Source of the DNA: Acidobacteriota bacterium
Lineage (GTDB): Bacteria; Acidobacteriota; UBA6911; RPQK01; JAJDTT01
DNA length: 64,000 nucleotides
Direction of reading: 5' to 3'
Assembly (NCBI GenBank): GCA_965217775.1
Contig: CBDCJH010000002.1
Span: 3,488,001 to 3,552,000, forward strand
Shown here: positions 1-9,200 of the stretch, in pieces
Layout: each line of letters begins with the position of its first letter
Numbering within the stretch: the first letter of the stretch is position 1
Program-made: the position numbers and the translations under genes
The notes under the pieces: model-generated
The model's input: only the letters and a program-made list of their open reading frames with translations
Told to the model about the DNA's origin: nothing
Database searches by the model: none

Positions 1-2
1 GG

Positions 3-377
3 CTGAAACTCACCGCGCCTATCAAGAAAGCCGTGCTCTCCGCCGTGTCCGAGCGAAACGCCGAAGCCGAGGTCTGCCGGGACCGGAAGGGCCGTCCTGA
101 GCCCGATCCAAAGCTCCGCGACACCGAGAACGTACCCCTCCTGGAGGATGTCGAGTCCTTCTTCGAGCGCGAGGTGAGGCCCCACGTTCCCGACGCCTGG
201 ATCGATTCGAAGCGCCGGGACCCCCAGGACGGAAAGGTCGGGCTCGTGGGCTACGAGATCAACTTCAATCGCTACTTCTACGAATACCGGCCACCCCGTC
301 CCTTGGAGGAGATCGAGGCCGACATCTGGCGGGTGGAGAAGGAGATCGCGGCGATGCTGCAAGAGATGCGCGTTTGA
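3..377 (+). CDS. hsdM: Type I restriction-modification methyltransferase subunit M, C-terminal part (5' end outside window)
   Basis: Frame open from position 3; C-terminal signature PEPDPKLRDTENVP...VGYEINFNRYFYEYRPPRPLEEIEADI typical of HsdM; lies upstream of hsdS/hsdR. Confidence 0.9.
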   Translation: MKLTAPIKKAVLSAVSERNAEAEVCRDRKGRPEPDPKLRDTENVPLLEDVESFFEREVRPHVPDAWIDSKRRDPQDGKVGLVGYEINFNRYFYEYRPPRPLEEIEADIWRVEKEIAAMLQEMRV

Positions 378-510
378 CGCCGGCCTATCTGCGGCGGCTG
401 CGGGTCAGGCAGACCGAGCGGAGACTGTCGCCGCTCCCCGTCAGTCTCCTTCATGCACTTCATGGCACTTGACACGCACTCGGCGCCACAAGTCTACCGT
501 GTCTACCTTC

Positions 511-539
511 TTGACACATACTTGGTGTGGCACTAACAT
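511..539 (+). promoter_or_regulatory. Sigma70-type promoter of the VapBC-like operon
   Basis: TTGACA (511-516), 17-bp spacer, TAACAT (534-539); ATG at 548 implies a very short or leaderless transcript. Confidence 0.6.
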
Positions 540-547
540 CACGGTCC

Positions 548-853
548 ATGGGAGACTCGCGGCGAGTCCAAGTGACGCTCGATGCGAGAGCGTACGCGGC
601 GGTGTCGCGGATTGCACGACGCGAAGGGATGAAGTTGGCCGCAGTCGTGCGGGAGGCCGTCGAGCAGTACTGCGTTCTGCCGGAGGCGCGGCAACGCCGA
701 TTGGAGGCCATCGACAGGCTGTACGCGACGGGTGCGGTCCCAGCACCGGAATCGCTGCCGGAGTGGGAGCGCCAGTACAGCCGGCGGAAGGTCGGCCTGG
801 CTACCGGTTGTCTCCACACCACCGAAGGTTCGGGGAGTCACGAGGACAGTTGA
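548..853 (+). CDS. Antitoxin, ribbon-helix-helix/CopG-like (VapB-type)
   Basis: RVQVTLDARAYAAVSRIARREGMKLAAVVREAVEQY strand-helix-helix pattern; stop overlaps the start of the downstream PIN gene. Confidence 0.7.
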   Translation: MGDSRRVQVTLDARAYAAVSRIARREGMKLAAVVREAVEQYCVLPEARQRRLEAIDRLYATGAVPAPESLPEWERQYSRRKVGLATGCLHTTEGSGSHEDS

Positions 854-1278
854 CGAGCGTGCGTGACTCGCTGTTTGTGGACGCCAACGTGTTCATGTAC
901 CTCGCGGGCAGTGACGCCCCGTACCGGGAGGCCTGCCGACGGGCTCTGCTGGCCGCGGCTGACAAGGGGGCCAAGCTGATTACCAGCACGGAAGTCCTGC
1001 AGGAGATCCTCCACTACCATGCCGCCCGACGGCGGCCCGATGACGCCCGAACCGTGTACCAGGCGGTGACAGACATCTGCGACGAGATCCTGCCGGTGAC
1101 GGAACACCAAACGGCCCGCGCGCTCGAACTGCTGGTGCGGCATCCCGGGTTGCCGGCGCGAGACGCCCTGCACGTCGCGACGATGGAGGCCCGCGGCGTG
1201 GAGCGGTTGCTGTCGGCAGACCGGCACTTCGATCAGATCGACACCGTCACGCGTGTCGACCCGCTCGCCCCCTCTTGA
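850..1278 (+). CDS. vapC: PIN-domain ribonuclease toxin (VapC family)
   Basis: FVDANVFMY, EVLQEIL, RDALHVA, LLSADRHFD acidic PIN motifs; TTG start at 850 overlaps antitoxin stop. Confidence 0.9.
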   Translation: MTSVRDSLFVDANVFMYLAGSDAPYREACRRALLAAADKGAKLITSTEVLQEILHYHAARRRPDDARTVYQAVTDICDEILPVTEHQTARALELLVRHPGLPARDALHVATMEARGVERLLSADRHFDQIDTVTRVDPLAPS

Positions 1279-1279
1279 T

Positions 1280-1354
1280 CCTCCGTCTGCCCTGGACGAC
1301 GAACAGGCGGAGAATGAGACCGTGGTCATACTGCAGGACACGACGGCGAGTTGA
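1280..1354 (+). pseudogene. Degenerate copy of the hsdM 3' end
   Basis: Translates PPSALDDEQAENETVVILQDTTAS* vs HsdM PPRPLEEIEADIWRVEKEIAAMLQEMRV*; 1304-1342 matches 330-368 at 28/39 nt by manual alignment. Confidence 0.65.
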
Positions 1355-1528
1355 TCTCCAGGCGCGAGCGCCTCGGGCACGCGAGATTCGAGCCAAGCGA
1401 TTAGAGTCAGCCTGAACCTGCAGATCTTCGACCGCCACGGATCTCCCGCTTGGGTCGCGCCGGTGCAGGGTGCGTTGCCACCAGACCTGTTCTTGGACTA
1501 CATTATGGTCATCGACAGGAGGTAGACC

Positions 1529-1804
1529 ATGTTCCTGTCAGACCGGATCAAGCCGATCAGTTACCTGAAGGCCCACGCATCCGAGGTGATCCGCACGCTC
1601 AAGGACCGGCAGGGCCCTCTGATCGTCACCCAGAACGGCGAAGCCAAGGCGGTCGTGCAAGACATCGACAGCTACGAGCGGATGCAGGAGAGCATCGCCC
1701 TGCTCAAGATGCTTGCGCTTGGCAACCGTCAGATTGAAGCGGGTCAGGTGCAGTCGGCCGCGCGGGTCATGGCGCGGATTCGGGAACGGCAACAGGCCGA
1801 TTGA
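1529..1804 (+). CDS. Phd/YefM family antitoxin
   Basis: IKPISYLKAHASEVI...PLIVTQNGEAKAVVQDIDSYE Phd pattern; GGAGG RBS; overlaps toxin start. Confidence 0.9.
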   Translation: MFLSDRIKPISYLKAHASEVIRTLKDRQGPLIVTQNGEAKAVVQDIDSYERMQESIALLKMLALGNRQIEAGQVQSAARVMARIRERQQAD

Positions 1805-2130
1805 TGCCGTTCGTGGTGCAGTTGACCGATGACGCCGCAGACGACTTGGAAGAGATAGTCGACTACTTCTCCCGTCAGGATGCGCCGAGGAGAGTGGAAC
1901 CTGTTCTCGAACGCATCGAGCAGGCCTTCCGAACGCTGTCCGCGTTCCCCGAACATGGCAGCTACCCGAGGGAGTTGTCGAACCTCGGAGTTCGGGAGTA
2001 CCGCCAACTGCTCTTCAAGCCATACCGGATGATCTACCGGGTGATTGACGACACCGTTTACGTGCTGGTCAACGCAGACGGGCGACGTGACATGCGGGGG
2101 TTGCTGGAACGGCGCCTGCTGGACGCTTAG
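1804..2130 (+). CDS. RelE/ParE family toxin
   Basis: VQLTDDAADDLEEIVDY...YRMIYRVIDDTVYVL..DGRRD RelE/ParE pattern; coupled to the Phd gene. Confidence 0.9.
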   Translation: MPFVVQLTDDAADDLEEIVDYFSRQDAPRRVEPVLERIEQAFRTLSAFPEHGSYPRELSNLGVREYRQLLFKPYRMIYRVIDDTVYVLVNADGRRDMRGLLERRLLDA

Positions 2131-2326
2131 CCCGAATTTCTCACCAAGTCGCTGAGTATATGAAGAAAACCCTCTTTTATTCATATACCTGCAGTTATTT
2201 CGTGACAGCATCCCAGGCACAGACTGCGCTGGGTACTCCCTCGATAGTTTTTCCGCCGTTTGCTGGCGCCTCGCTGAAGGGGATGGCGGGGTGACGGCTT
2301 CGACGGCCTGATCGAAGCAAGAACAA

Positions 2327-2367
2327 AATGTCGGCATTTGTATTTATGTGCCGACATTCTTTACTAT
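2327..2367 (+). promoter_or_regulatory. AbiE promoter with inverted-repeat operator
   Basis: Perfect IR AATGTCGGCA-N12-TGCCGACATT (2327-2358) overlapping TTGTAT (2338-2343); TACTAT at 2362-2367; ATG at 2374. Confidence 0.65.
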
Positions 2368-2373
2368 GCGTCC

Positions 2374-2976
2374 ATGGCTGAACTCACTGCGGCCGCGCTC
2401 GAAGCAGCCGGCATTGGAGCGTTTTTCCGGCCGCGAGATATTGAGACGCTCGGTGTCCCGTACCGTCGCCTCCGCGGACTCGTTGCGGCCGGCGCCGTGG
2501 AGAACCTCGGCGGCGGCCTTTATCGGCTGGCCGAGATTGAGCCGACCGAGCTGGAAACGGTCGCCATGGTGGCCGCTGCCGTCCCGCACGCCATCGTCTG
2601 CCTGATGACCGCGCTCCGCGTTTACGAAATCGGAACCGAATCCCCTCACGAAGTCTGGATCGCCATTAACCGCAAGGCGCGCCGCCCTGCCCGAGTGCCG
2701 GCGCAGATTCGCGTCGTCTGGTTCTCGAAGGCGATGCTCACCTACGGAGTTGTGCGCCGCCCGATGCTCGGCGTGCCGGTTGCCATCACATCGCCGGCCC
2801 GGACGGTCGTCGACTGCTTTCGGTACCGCAACAAACTCGGCCTCGACACCGCGCTGGAGGCGCTCCGGGACGTGCTGCGCCAACGGCTCGCCACCGTGGA
2901 TGAGATCATGCGCGCAGCCAGCGTCTGCCGGGCGCGCACGGTCCTGCAGCCCTACATGGAAGCAGTTCTGTCGTGA
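2374..2976 (+). CDS. abiEi: Type IV TA antitoxin / transcriptional regulator AbiEi (copy 1)
   Basis: N-terminal wHTH with GLYRL; CLMTAL..EIGT..PHEVWIAI; ITSPARTVVDCFRYRNKLGLD.A.EAL. Confidence 0.9.
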   Translation: MAELTAAALEAAGIGAFFRPRDIETLGVPYRRLRGLVAAGAVENLGGGLYRLAEIEPTELETVAMVAAAVPHAIVCLMTALRVYEIGTESPHEVWIAINRKARRPARVPAQIRVVWFSKAMLTYGVVRRPMLGVPVAITSPARTVVDCFRYRNKLGLDTALEALRDVLRQRLATVDEIMRAASVCRARTVLQPYMEAVLS

Positions 2977-3110
2977 CGAGACGCCATCTCAAGAACGTCG
3001 CGGCGTCCGTCCGCGACCGGCTGCTCGCTCGCAGTCGCGAGACCGGTGAGGAGGCCGAGGCTAACATCCTGGAGAAGGAAATTGTGGCCCTGTTTTCCGA
3101 GATAACCGGC
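2973..3110 (+). pseudogene. Truncated abiEii 5' end fused to a degenerate hsdM 3' end
   Basis: MTRRHLKNVAASVRDRLLARSRETGE resembles the AbiEii N-terminus (cf. 3843: DIPASIRQRLLNLAR); then EEAEANILEKEIVALFSEITG resembles the HsdM C-terminus. Confidence 0.7.
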
Positions 3111-3189
3111 CAACGACTGATAATGTCGTCAAATATTAATGGTTGCCAACATTTTGACCTAGACGGCTCACACAGGTTATGTTCATGGC

Positions 3190-3846
3190 ATGCATGAAGC
3201 GAAAGGCAACCAACTGCACACATCTGCCGGCATTTCAGTACGATATTCCGCGACAGGCAACTCTAGCCTGCAGCGGCTCGGCTCCAAAACATTCTTCCGT
3301 TCGCGCGACGCGGCCGCTCTGGGCGTCCACTCACGTGCGCTACGGCGCCTGGTGGATGACGGTTCGATCGAGCGAGTGGCGCGCGGGCTCTACCGCCTCG
3401 CCCACGTGGAACCGACAGAGCACTACACTCGAGCCGCCGTCTGCGCCCGGGTCCCAAGCGCCGTTGTCTGCCTGCTGACGGCCCTGAGCGTCTACGAGAT
3501 CGGCACGCAGCTCCCACACGAGGTCTGGATCGCCATTCCGCACAAGGCCCGCACGCCCCGCCTGCCCGGGCTGCCGGTCCGGGTGGTGCGATTCTCCGGG
3601 GTCAGGCTGCGCTACGGCGTCGTGAACACGACCTTCGAGGGGGTCCCCGTTCGTATCACGAGCCCGGCCCGCACCGTGGTGGACTGCTTCCGCTTCCGGC
3701 GGCTGGTCGGCAAGGACGTCGCGATCGAGGCGCTACGCGACGCCCTGCGCGACCGCAAGGCGAGCGTCGACCAGATCTGGCGGGCCGCCGAGGTGTGCCG
3801 CGCAAAGTCGCTCGTCGGGCCGGCACTCGATGTGCTGACAGCATGA
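3190..3846 (+). CDS. abiEi: Type IV TA antitoxin AbiEi (copy 2)
   Basis: Paralog of 2374-2976 (ERVARGLYRL, CLLTAL, PHEVWIAIP, ITSPARTVVDCFRFR); start uncertain. Confidence 0.9.
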   Translation: MHEAKGNQLHTSAGISVRYSATGNSSLQRLGSKTFFRSRDAAALGVHSRALRRLVDDGSIERVARGLYRLAHVEPTEHYTRAAVCARVPSAVVCLLTALSVYEIGTQLPHEVWIAIPHKARTPRLPGLPVRVVRFSGVRLRYGVVNTTFEGVPVRITSPARTVVDCFRFRRLVGKDVAIEALRDALRDRKASVDQIWRAAEVCRAKSLVGPALDVLTA

Positions 3847-4814
3847 CTCCTCGAAAGGCGATCCGGGACATACCCGCATCCATCCGGCAGCGCTTGCTGA
3901 ACCTCGCCCGCCGGCAAGTGACCGATTTCGAGCGCGTGCTCCAACGCTACGCGGTCGAGCGTTTCCTCTACCGCCTCTCCGCCTCGGACGAGGTGGACCG
4001 CTTCACGCTGAAGGGAGCCGCGCTTCTCCGCGTGTGGACCGGACAGGAACTGCGCCCCACGCGGGATATCGACTTCCTGGCCCGCGGCGCCCGAGATGAA
4101 GCCGCCATTCGCACCGCCCTGCGGGCCGTCTGCCGCATTTCCTGTCGAGAGGACGGCGTCGTCTTCGACCCGGCCACGATCTCAATCACGAGCATCCGCA
4201 TCGATCAGCCGGACGGCGGCTGCCGGGCGCGGATCCGGGGCAGCCTTGGGCGGATCCGGCTCGCGGTCCCGGTCGACATCGGCTTCGGCGATGTCGTCAC
4301 CCTGGGCCGCAGGGAGGAGAACTACCCCACACTGCTCGACCTGCCCGCTCCCCGACTCTGGACATACCCGCGCGAGACGCTGGTCGCCGAGAAGTTCCAC
4401 GCGATGGCCAGTCTGGGTGACAGGAACTCGCGCGTGAAGGACCTCTGGGACATCGCCTGCCTCGCGCGCCGCTTCAGGTTCGACGGCGACATTCTGCGCA
4501 CCGCCATCGCGGAGACGTTCCGCCACCGCGGGACGCCGTTCACGGGCGGACGGCCGACGGCGCTGCTGGCCGGCTACTACAGCGACCACGAGGCCCCCGG
4601 GCGCGGGCAACGCTGGCGCGAGATGCGACGGCAGATCGGGACCGACATCGATGGGCCGGATCGCCTCGTGGACGTCGGCGAGGAGCTGCGCCGTTTCCTG
4701 GGACCGCTCTGCGACAGCCTGATCGCGGAGAGCCCGTTCACCCAGGCCTGGCCCGCTGGTGGACCGTGGCGGCCGGGGATTCGGGCACGGACGGGAGGCG
4801 GGGGCGGTGACTGA
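3843..4814 (+). CDS. abiEii: Type IV TA toxin, AbiEii nucleotidyltransferase
   Basis: LKGAALL, RPTRDIDFL, AEKFHA, NSRVKDLWDI motifs; ATGA overlap with abiEi. Confidence 0.92.
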   Translation: MTPRKAIRDIPASIRQRLLNLARRQVTDFERVLQRYAVERFLYRLSASDEVDRFTLKGAALLRVWTGQELRPTRDIDFLARGARDEAAIRTALRAVCRISCREDGVVFDPATISITSIRIDQPDGGCRARIRGSLGRIRLAVPVDIGFGDVVTLGRREENYPTLLDLPAPRLWTYPRETLVAEKFHAMASLGDRNSRVKDLWDIACLARRFRFDGDILRTAIAETFRHRGTPFTGGRPTALLAGYYSDHEAPGRGQRWREMRRQIGTDIDGPDRLVDVGEELRRFLGPLCDSLIAESPFTQAWPAGGPWRPGIRARTGGGGGD

Positions 4815-6207
4815 GGCGACCGACCGCGTGACCGAAGGAAATGATCGGATCGACGAACTTCAACGACGGCCCTTTCCTTCCTACTCGAAGTACAGGGACT
4901 CCGGCGTCGAGTGGCTAGGCGAGATTCCGGCACATTGGAACCCAAAGCCATTTAAGGCGTCTCTGGTTCGCAATGACAGCGGTGTTTGGGGTGAGGACTT
5001 CGATGACGACGGAACCATCGTCTTGCGGTCTACCGACCAAACCAAGCGGGGCAGGTGGAGGATTACAGAACCAGCTCGAAGGCGACTCAGCGCTCGCGAA
5101 GCGACCTACGCCAAGCTTTTGTGGGGAGATCTGCTCGTCACGAAGTCGAGTGGAAGCGTACACCATATCGGGAAGACATCCGTTGTCGATGAGGCAATTG
5201 CAGCCCTGAACTGCTGCTACTCCAACTTCATGCAGCGCCTGAGGGTTTCGACCGAACACGTTCCCCGGTTCTTCTGGTATTTCATGAACTGTCCACCTGC
5301 GCGCGAGCAGCTTATTTTCCTCTCATCGACCACAACCGGGCTCGGGAATCTGAACGGCTCTATTATCGGAGCCATTCGCATACCGATGGCACCGGCAGAA
5401 GAGCAGCGCCTAATTGCCGAATTCCTCGACCGCGAGACGGCGAAGATTGATGCGCTGGTGGCGGGGAAGGAGCGGCTGATCGAGTTGCTTCAGGAGAAAC
5501 GCATCGCCCTCATCACGGTTGCCGTCACCCGGGGTCTCGATCCGAACATCCCCATGAAGGACTCCGGCGTCGAGTGGCTGGGCGCGATCCCGACACACTG
5601 GAAGCTTGAGCCGCTCAAACGCCTTCTAAGCCGAAGTGACTATGGAATATCGGAGAGCTTGAAAGTAGGAGGTGATATCCGAGTTCTAACTATGGCGCAC
5701 ATTCAAGATGGCGAGGTTGTATTGCCCCGTGATGGCAGCATCAATGAAATCGACCGGTCAATGATGCTTGAGTCCGGCGACCTTCTGTTCAACAGAACCA
5801 ACAGCCGTGAACTCGTAGGTAAGGTCGGTATATTTCGTGGCGACCACGATGATTGCGTGACCTTTGCATCGTACCTTGTAAGGTTAACCCCGCGTCAGCA
5901 CGTCGAACCCGAATGGCTTAACTACCTGCTCAACTCCACTGGCGTTCTTGGAATGGCGCGAAGCACGGCATTACTTAGTGTTAACCAAGCCAATCTCAAT
6001 CCAACCAAGCACCAGCAATTCATCATGCCTGTGCCCGCACCTTCTGAACAGCGGACCATCGCAGGTTTCCTACGCGCTGAGACCGCGAAGATCGATTCCC
6101 ACATCGTCAAGATCCGGCAGGCAATTAACTACCTCCACGAATTTCGCACCGCTCTTATCTCCGCGGCGGTCACCGGCAAGATCGACGTCCGGGAGGGAGC
6201 GCGATGA
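4807..6207 (+). CDS. hsdS: Type I restriction-modification specificity subunit S
   Basis: Two DSGVEWLG.IP.HW conserved repeats, two lower-GC TRDs, EQR.IA.FL..ETAKID helices, ends ISAAVTGKIDVR. Confidence 0.95.
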   Translation: MTEATDRVTEGNDRIDELQRRPFPSYSKYRDSGVEWLGEIPAHWNPKPFKASLVRNDSGVWGEDFDDDGTIVLRSTDQTKRGRWRITEPARRRLSAREATYAKLLWGDLLVTKSSGSVHHIGKTSVVDEAIAALNCCYSNFMQRLRVSTEHVPRFFWYFMNCPPAREQLIFLSSTTTGLGNLNGSIIGAIRIPMAPAEEQRLIAEFLDRETAKIDALVAGKERLIELLQEKRIALITVAVTRGLDPNIPMKDSGVEWLGAIPTHWKLEPLKRLLSRSDYGISESLKVGGDIRVLTMAHIQDGEVVLPRDGSINEIDRSMMLESGDLLFNRTNSRELVGKVGIFRGDHDDCVTFASYLVRLTPRQHVEPEWLNYLLNSTGVLGMARSTALLSVNQANLNPTKHQQFIMPVPAPSEQRTIAGFLRAETAKIDSHIVKIRQAINYLHEFRTALISAAVTGKIDVREGAR

Positions 6208-9200
6208 GCCCGGAAATTTCTGAGCGAGCTTTCGAAGAGGCTATCGAGTGCGCGCTGCTCCGGCACGGGCCAGACGCGTGCCCCGGCGATAGGACGACGG
6301 TGCGGGAATCGCCGCCGAGATACGGCGCCGAGCCGTTGCCGGGCGGCTACCACAGACGGCGTGCAGAGGACTACGACCGCGGGCTCTGCCTAATTCGGGC
6401 CGACGTTCTCGACTTCCTCCTGGCCACGCAGCCGAAAGAGTGGGCGAAGCTAAAGCAGCACCACGGCGCTGACGTGAAGCCGCGTTTCCTCAGCCGACTC
6501 TCCCGCGAGATCGCCCGTCGGGGAGCGCTCGACGTGCTGCGCAACGGCGTTAAGGACTCGGGCTGCAAGTTCCGGCTCGCTTACTTCCGGCCAGCAAGCG
6601 GTCTCAACGAGGAATTGCAGCGCCTGCACGGCGCCAACCTCTTCGCGGTCGTCCGCCAGCTCCGCTTCAGCGCGAAGAACCAACAGAGCGTCGATCTCGC
6701 GCTCTTCCTCAACGGCATTCCCATCTTCACGGCCGAGCTCAAGAACCCGCTCAACGGGCAGGACGTGGAGGACGCCATTCGCCAGTACAAGCACGACCGG
6801 GATCCGCGCGAGCCCCTCTTCGCGTACGGACGCTGCCTCGCCCACTTCGCCGTGGACCCGGAACAGGTGTTCGTGACCACGCAACTCATGGGGCCCAAGA
6901 CCCGGTTCCTGCCCTTCAACCAGGGGCGTTTCGGCGGCGCGGGAAACCCGCCGGTCCCGCCCACCCGTTCCGGCTTCCCCACCGCCTACCTGTGGGAGCG
7001 GATCTGGGCCCGCGACAGCGTCCTCGATCTCGTCCGCCAGTTCATCCACGAAGTCGAAGTGGAGGACGATCGCGGGCGCAGAACGGGAAAGCGTTTCCTG
7101 ATCTTCCCGCGCTACCAGCAACTCGACTGCGTCCGCCGTCTCGTGCGCCACGCGCGGAACCACGGCGCCGGCGAACGCTACCTGATCCAGCATTCGGCCG
7201 GCAGCGGTAAGAGCTTCACCATCGCCTGGCTCGCCCATCGGCTCTCGGTGCTGCATGACCACGAGGACCGGCGCGTCTTCGACTCGGTGGTGGTGGTGAC
7301 CGACCGGCGCGTGCTCGACCGCCAGCTCCAGCGGACCATCCGGCAGTTCGAGCAGACCCTGGGCGTGGTGGAGAACATCGATCAGACCTCCCGACAGCTC
7401 CGCCAGGCGCTGGAGGCGGGCCGGACCATCATCGTCACCACCTTGCAGAAGTTTCCGGTCATCGCCGAGGAGATCGGGCAGCTTCCCGGCAAGCGGTTCG
7501 CCGTGATCGTGGACGAGGCGCACTCGTCGCAGTCGGGAGAGAGCTCCAGGAGCCTCAAGGCGGTCCTCGCCGCGGGAAGCCTGGAGGAGGCCGAGCACAC
7601 GGAAGCAGGCGCCGAAACCCCCGAAGAGGAACTCGAAGAGCGCGTCCTGGAAGAGATCCGCCTCCGCGGGCGGCTGCCGAACCTCTCGACGTTCGCCTTC
7701 ACGGCGACTCCGAAGCCCAAGACCCTCGAGCTTTTCGGCCGGAAGCAGCCGGACGGGAAGTTCACACCCTTCCACCTCTACAGCATGCGCCAGGCGATCG
7801 AGGAGGGATTCATTCTCGACGTGCTCCGGAACTACACCACCTACAAGGCCTACTGGCGCCTGCTGAAGAAGATCGAGGACGACCCGCGGTTCGACAAGCG
7901 GAAGGCGGAACACCTCCTCAAGACCTTCGTCGAACTGCACCCCCACGCTATCCGCGAGAAGATCGCCATCTGCGTGGAGCATTTCGCCGCTCAGGCCGCG
8001 GGCGAGATCGGCGGGCGGGCCAAGGCCATGATCGTGACCCGCTCGCGTCTGCACACGGTGCGCACCAGGCTTGCCCTGGATCGCTACCTGCAGGAAAAGG
8101 GCCACCCGTGGAAGGCGCTCGTCGCGTTCTCGGGAACGGTGAAGGACCGCGGGAAGTCCTACACGGAGTCCGGCATGAACTCGGCCGGACAGGAGCGGGT
8201 GATCGGCGAGCGGCAGACGGCCGCCGAGTTCGAGAAGCCCGAGTACCGCTTCCTGGTGGTCGCCAACAAGTTCCAGACCGGCTTCGATCAGCCGCTGCTC
8301 CACACCATGTACGTGGACAAGAAACTGGGCGGCGTGAACGCGGTCCAGACGCTGTCCCGCCTGAACCGCACGCACGCCGGCAAGCGGGGAACGATGGTGC
8401 TCGACTTCGCCAACGAAGCCGAGGAGATCAAGAAGGCCTTCGAGCCTTACTACGAGACCACCCTCCTCTCGGAGGGGACCGATCCCAACCTCCTCTACGA
8501 GGTTCAGGGCAGGCTGCTCGACTTCGGCGTGTTCGGCGAGGACGACGTCGAGAACTTCGCGCGAGCGTTTTTCGATCCGAAGGCGGGCCAGGACAAACTC
8601 TACGCGGCGCTGGAACCGGCGCGGCAACGCTTCACCGAGCTTGCGCCGGACGAGGGACGCGAATTCCGCAGCCAGCTCACCGACTACGCGCGCCTCTACG
8701 CTTTCCTCTCCCAGGTGCTTACGTTCGCCGACACCGACCTGGAGAAACTCTACGTCTTCGCCCGGCATCTCCGCCGCCTGCTGTCGATGGGCCGGGAGGC
8801 GCTGCCCCTCGAGATCCGGGAGAGCATCGACATGGAGTCCTTCCGCATCCAACGGACGAGCCGCGGCCGGATCGCCCTCGAACGGCAGGTGCGGCCGCTG
8901 GATCCCGTAGGCAGCAAGACTCGCCGCGGTCCCGGCGGTGACGAGTTGGAGGCCCTCTCGCGAATCATCGAGGCCTTGAACGATCGCTTCGGCTTGAACC
9001 TGGGCGACGAGCACCGGATCACGCTGGAACAGATCCGATCCGCCCTCGACCGGGACGCGGGCCTCGACGCCAGCGCCCGGGTGAACACCCGCGAGAACGT
9101 GCGGCTGACCTTCGATCCCAAAGTCGAGGACAAGATCCAGGAAATCGTCGACACCAACTTCGATCTCTACAGGCGGATCACCGACGACCCCGACTTCGGC

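Noticed and set aside
469-849. Long N-terminal extension of the PIN ORF
   Set aside because: Overlaps the antitoxin gene; the PIN domain starts at ~850
4894-5610. Direct repeat GGACTCCGGCGTCGAGTGGCT in hsdS as a possible shufflon site
   Set aside because: Normal duplicated conserved regions of HsdS; direct orientation, no invertase or silent TRD nearby
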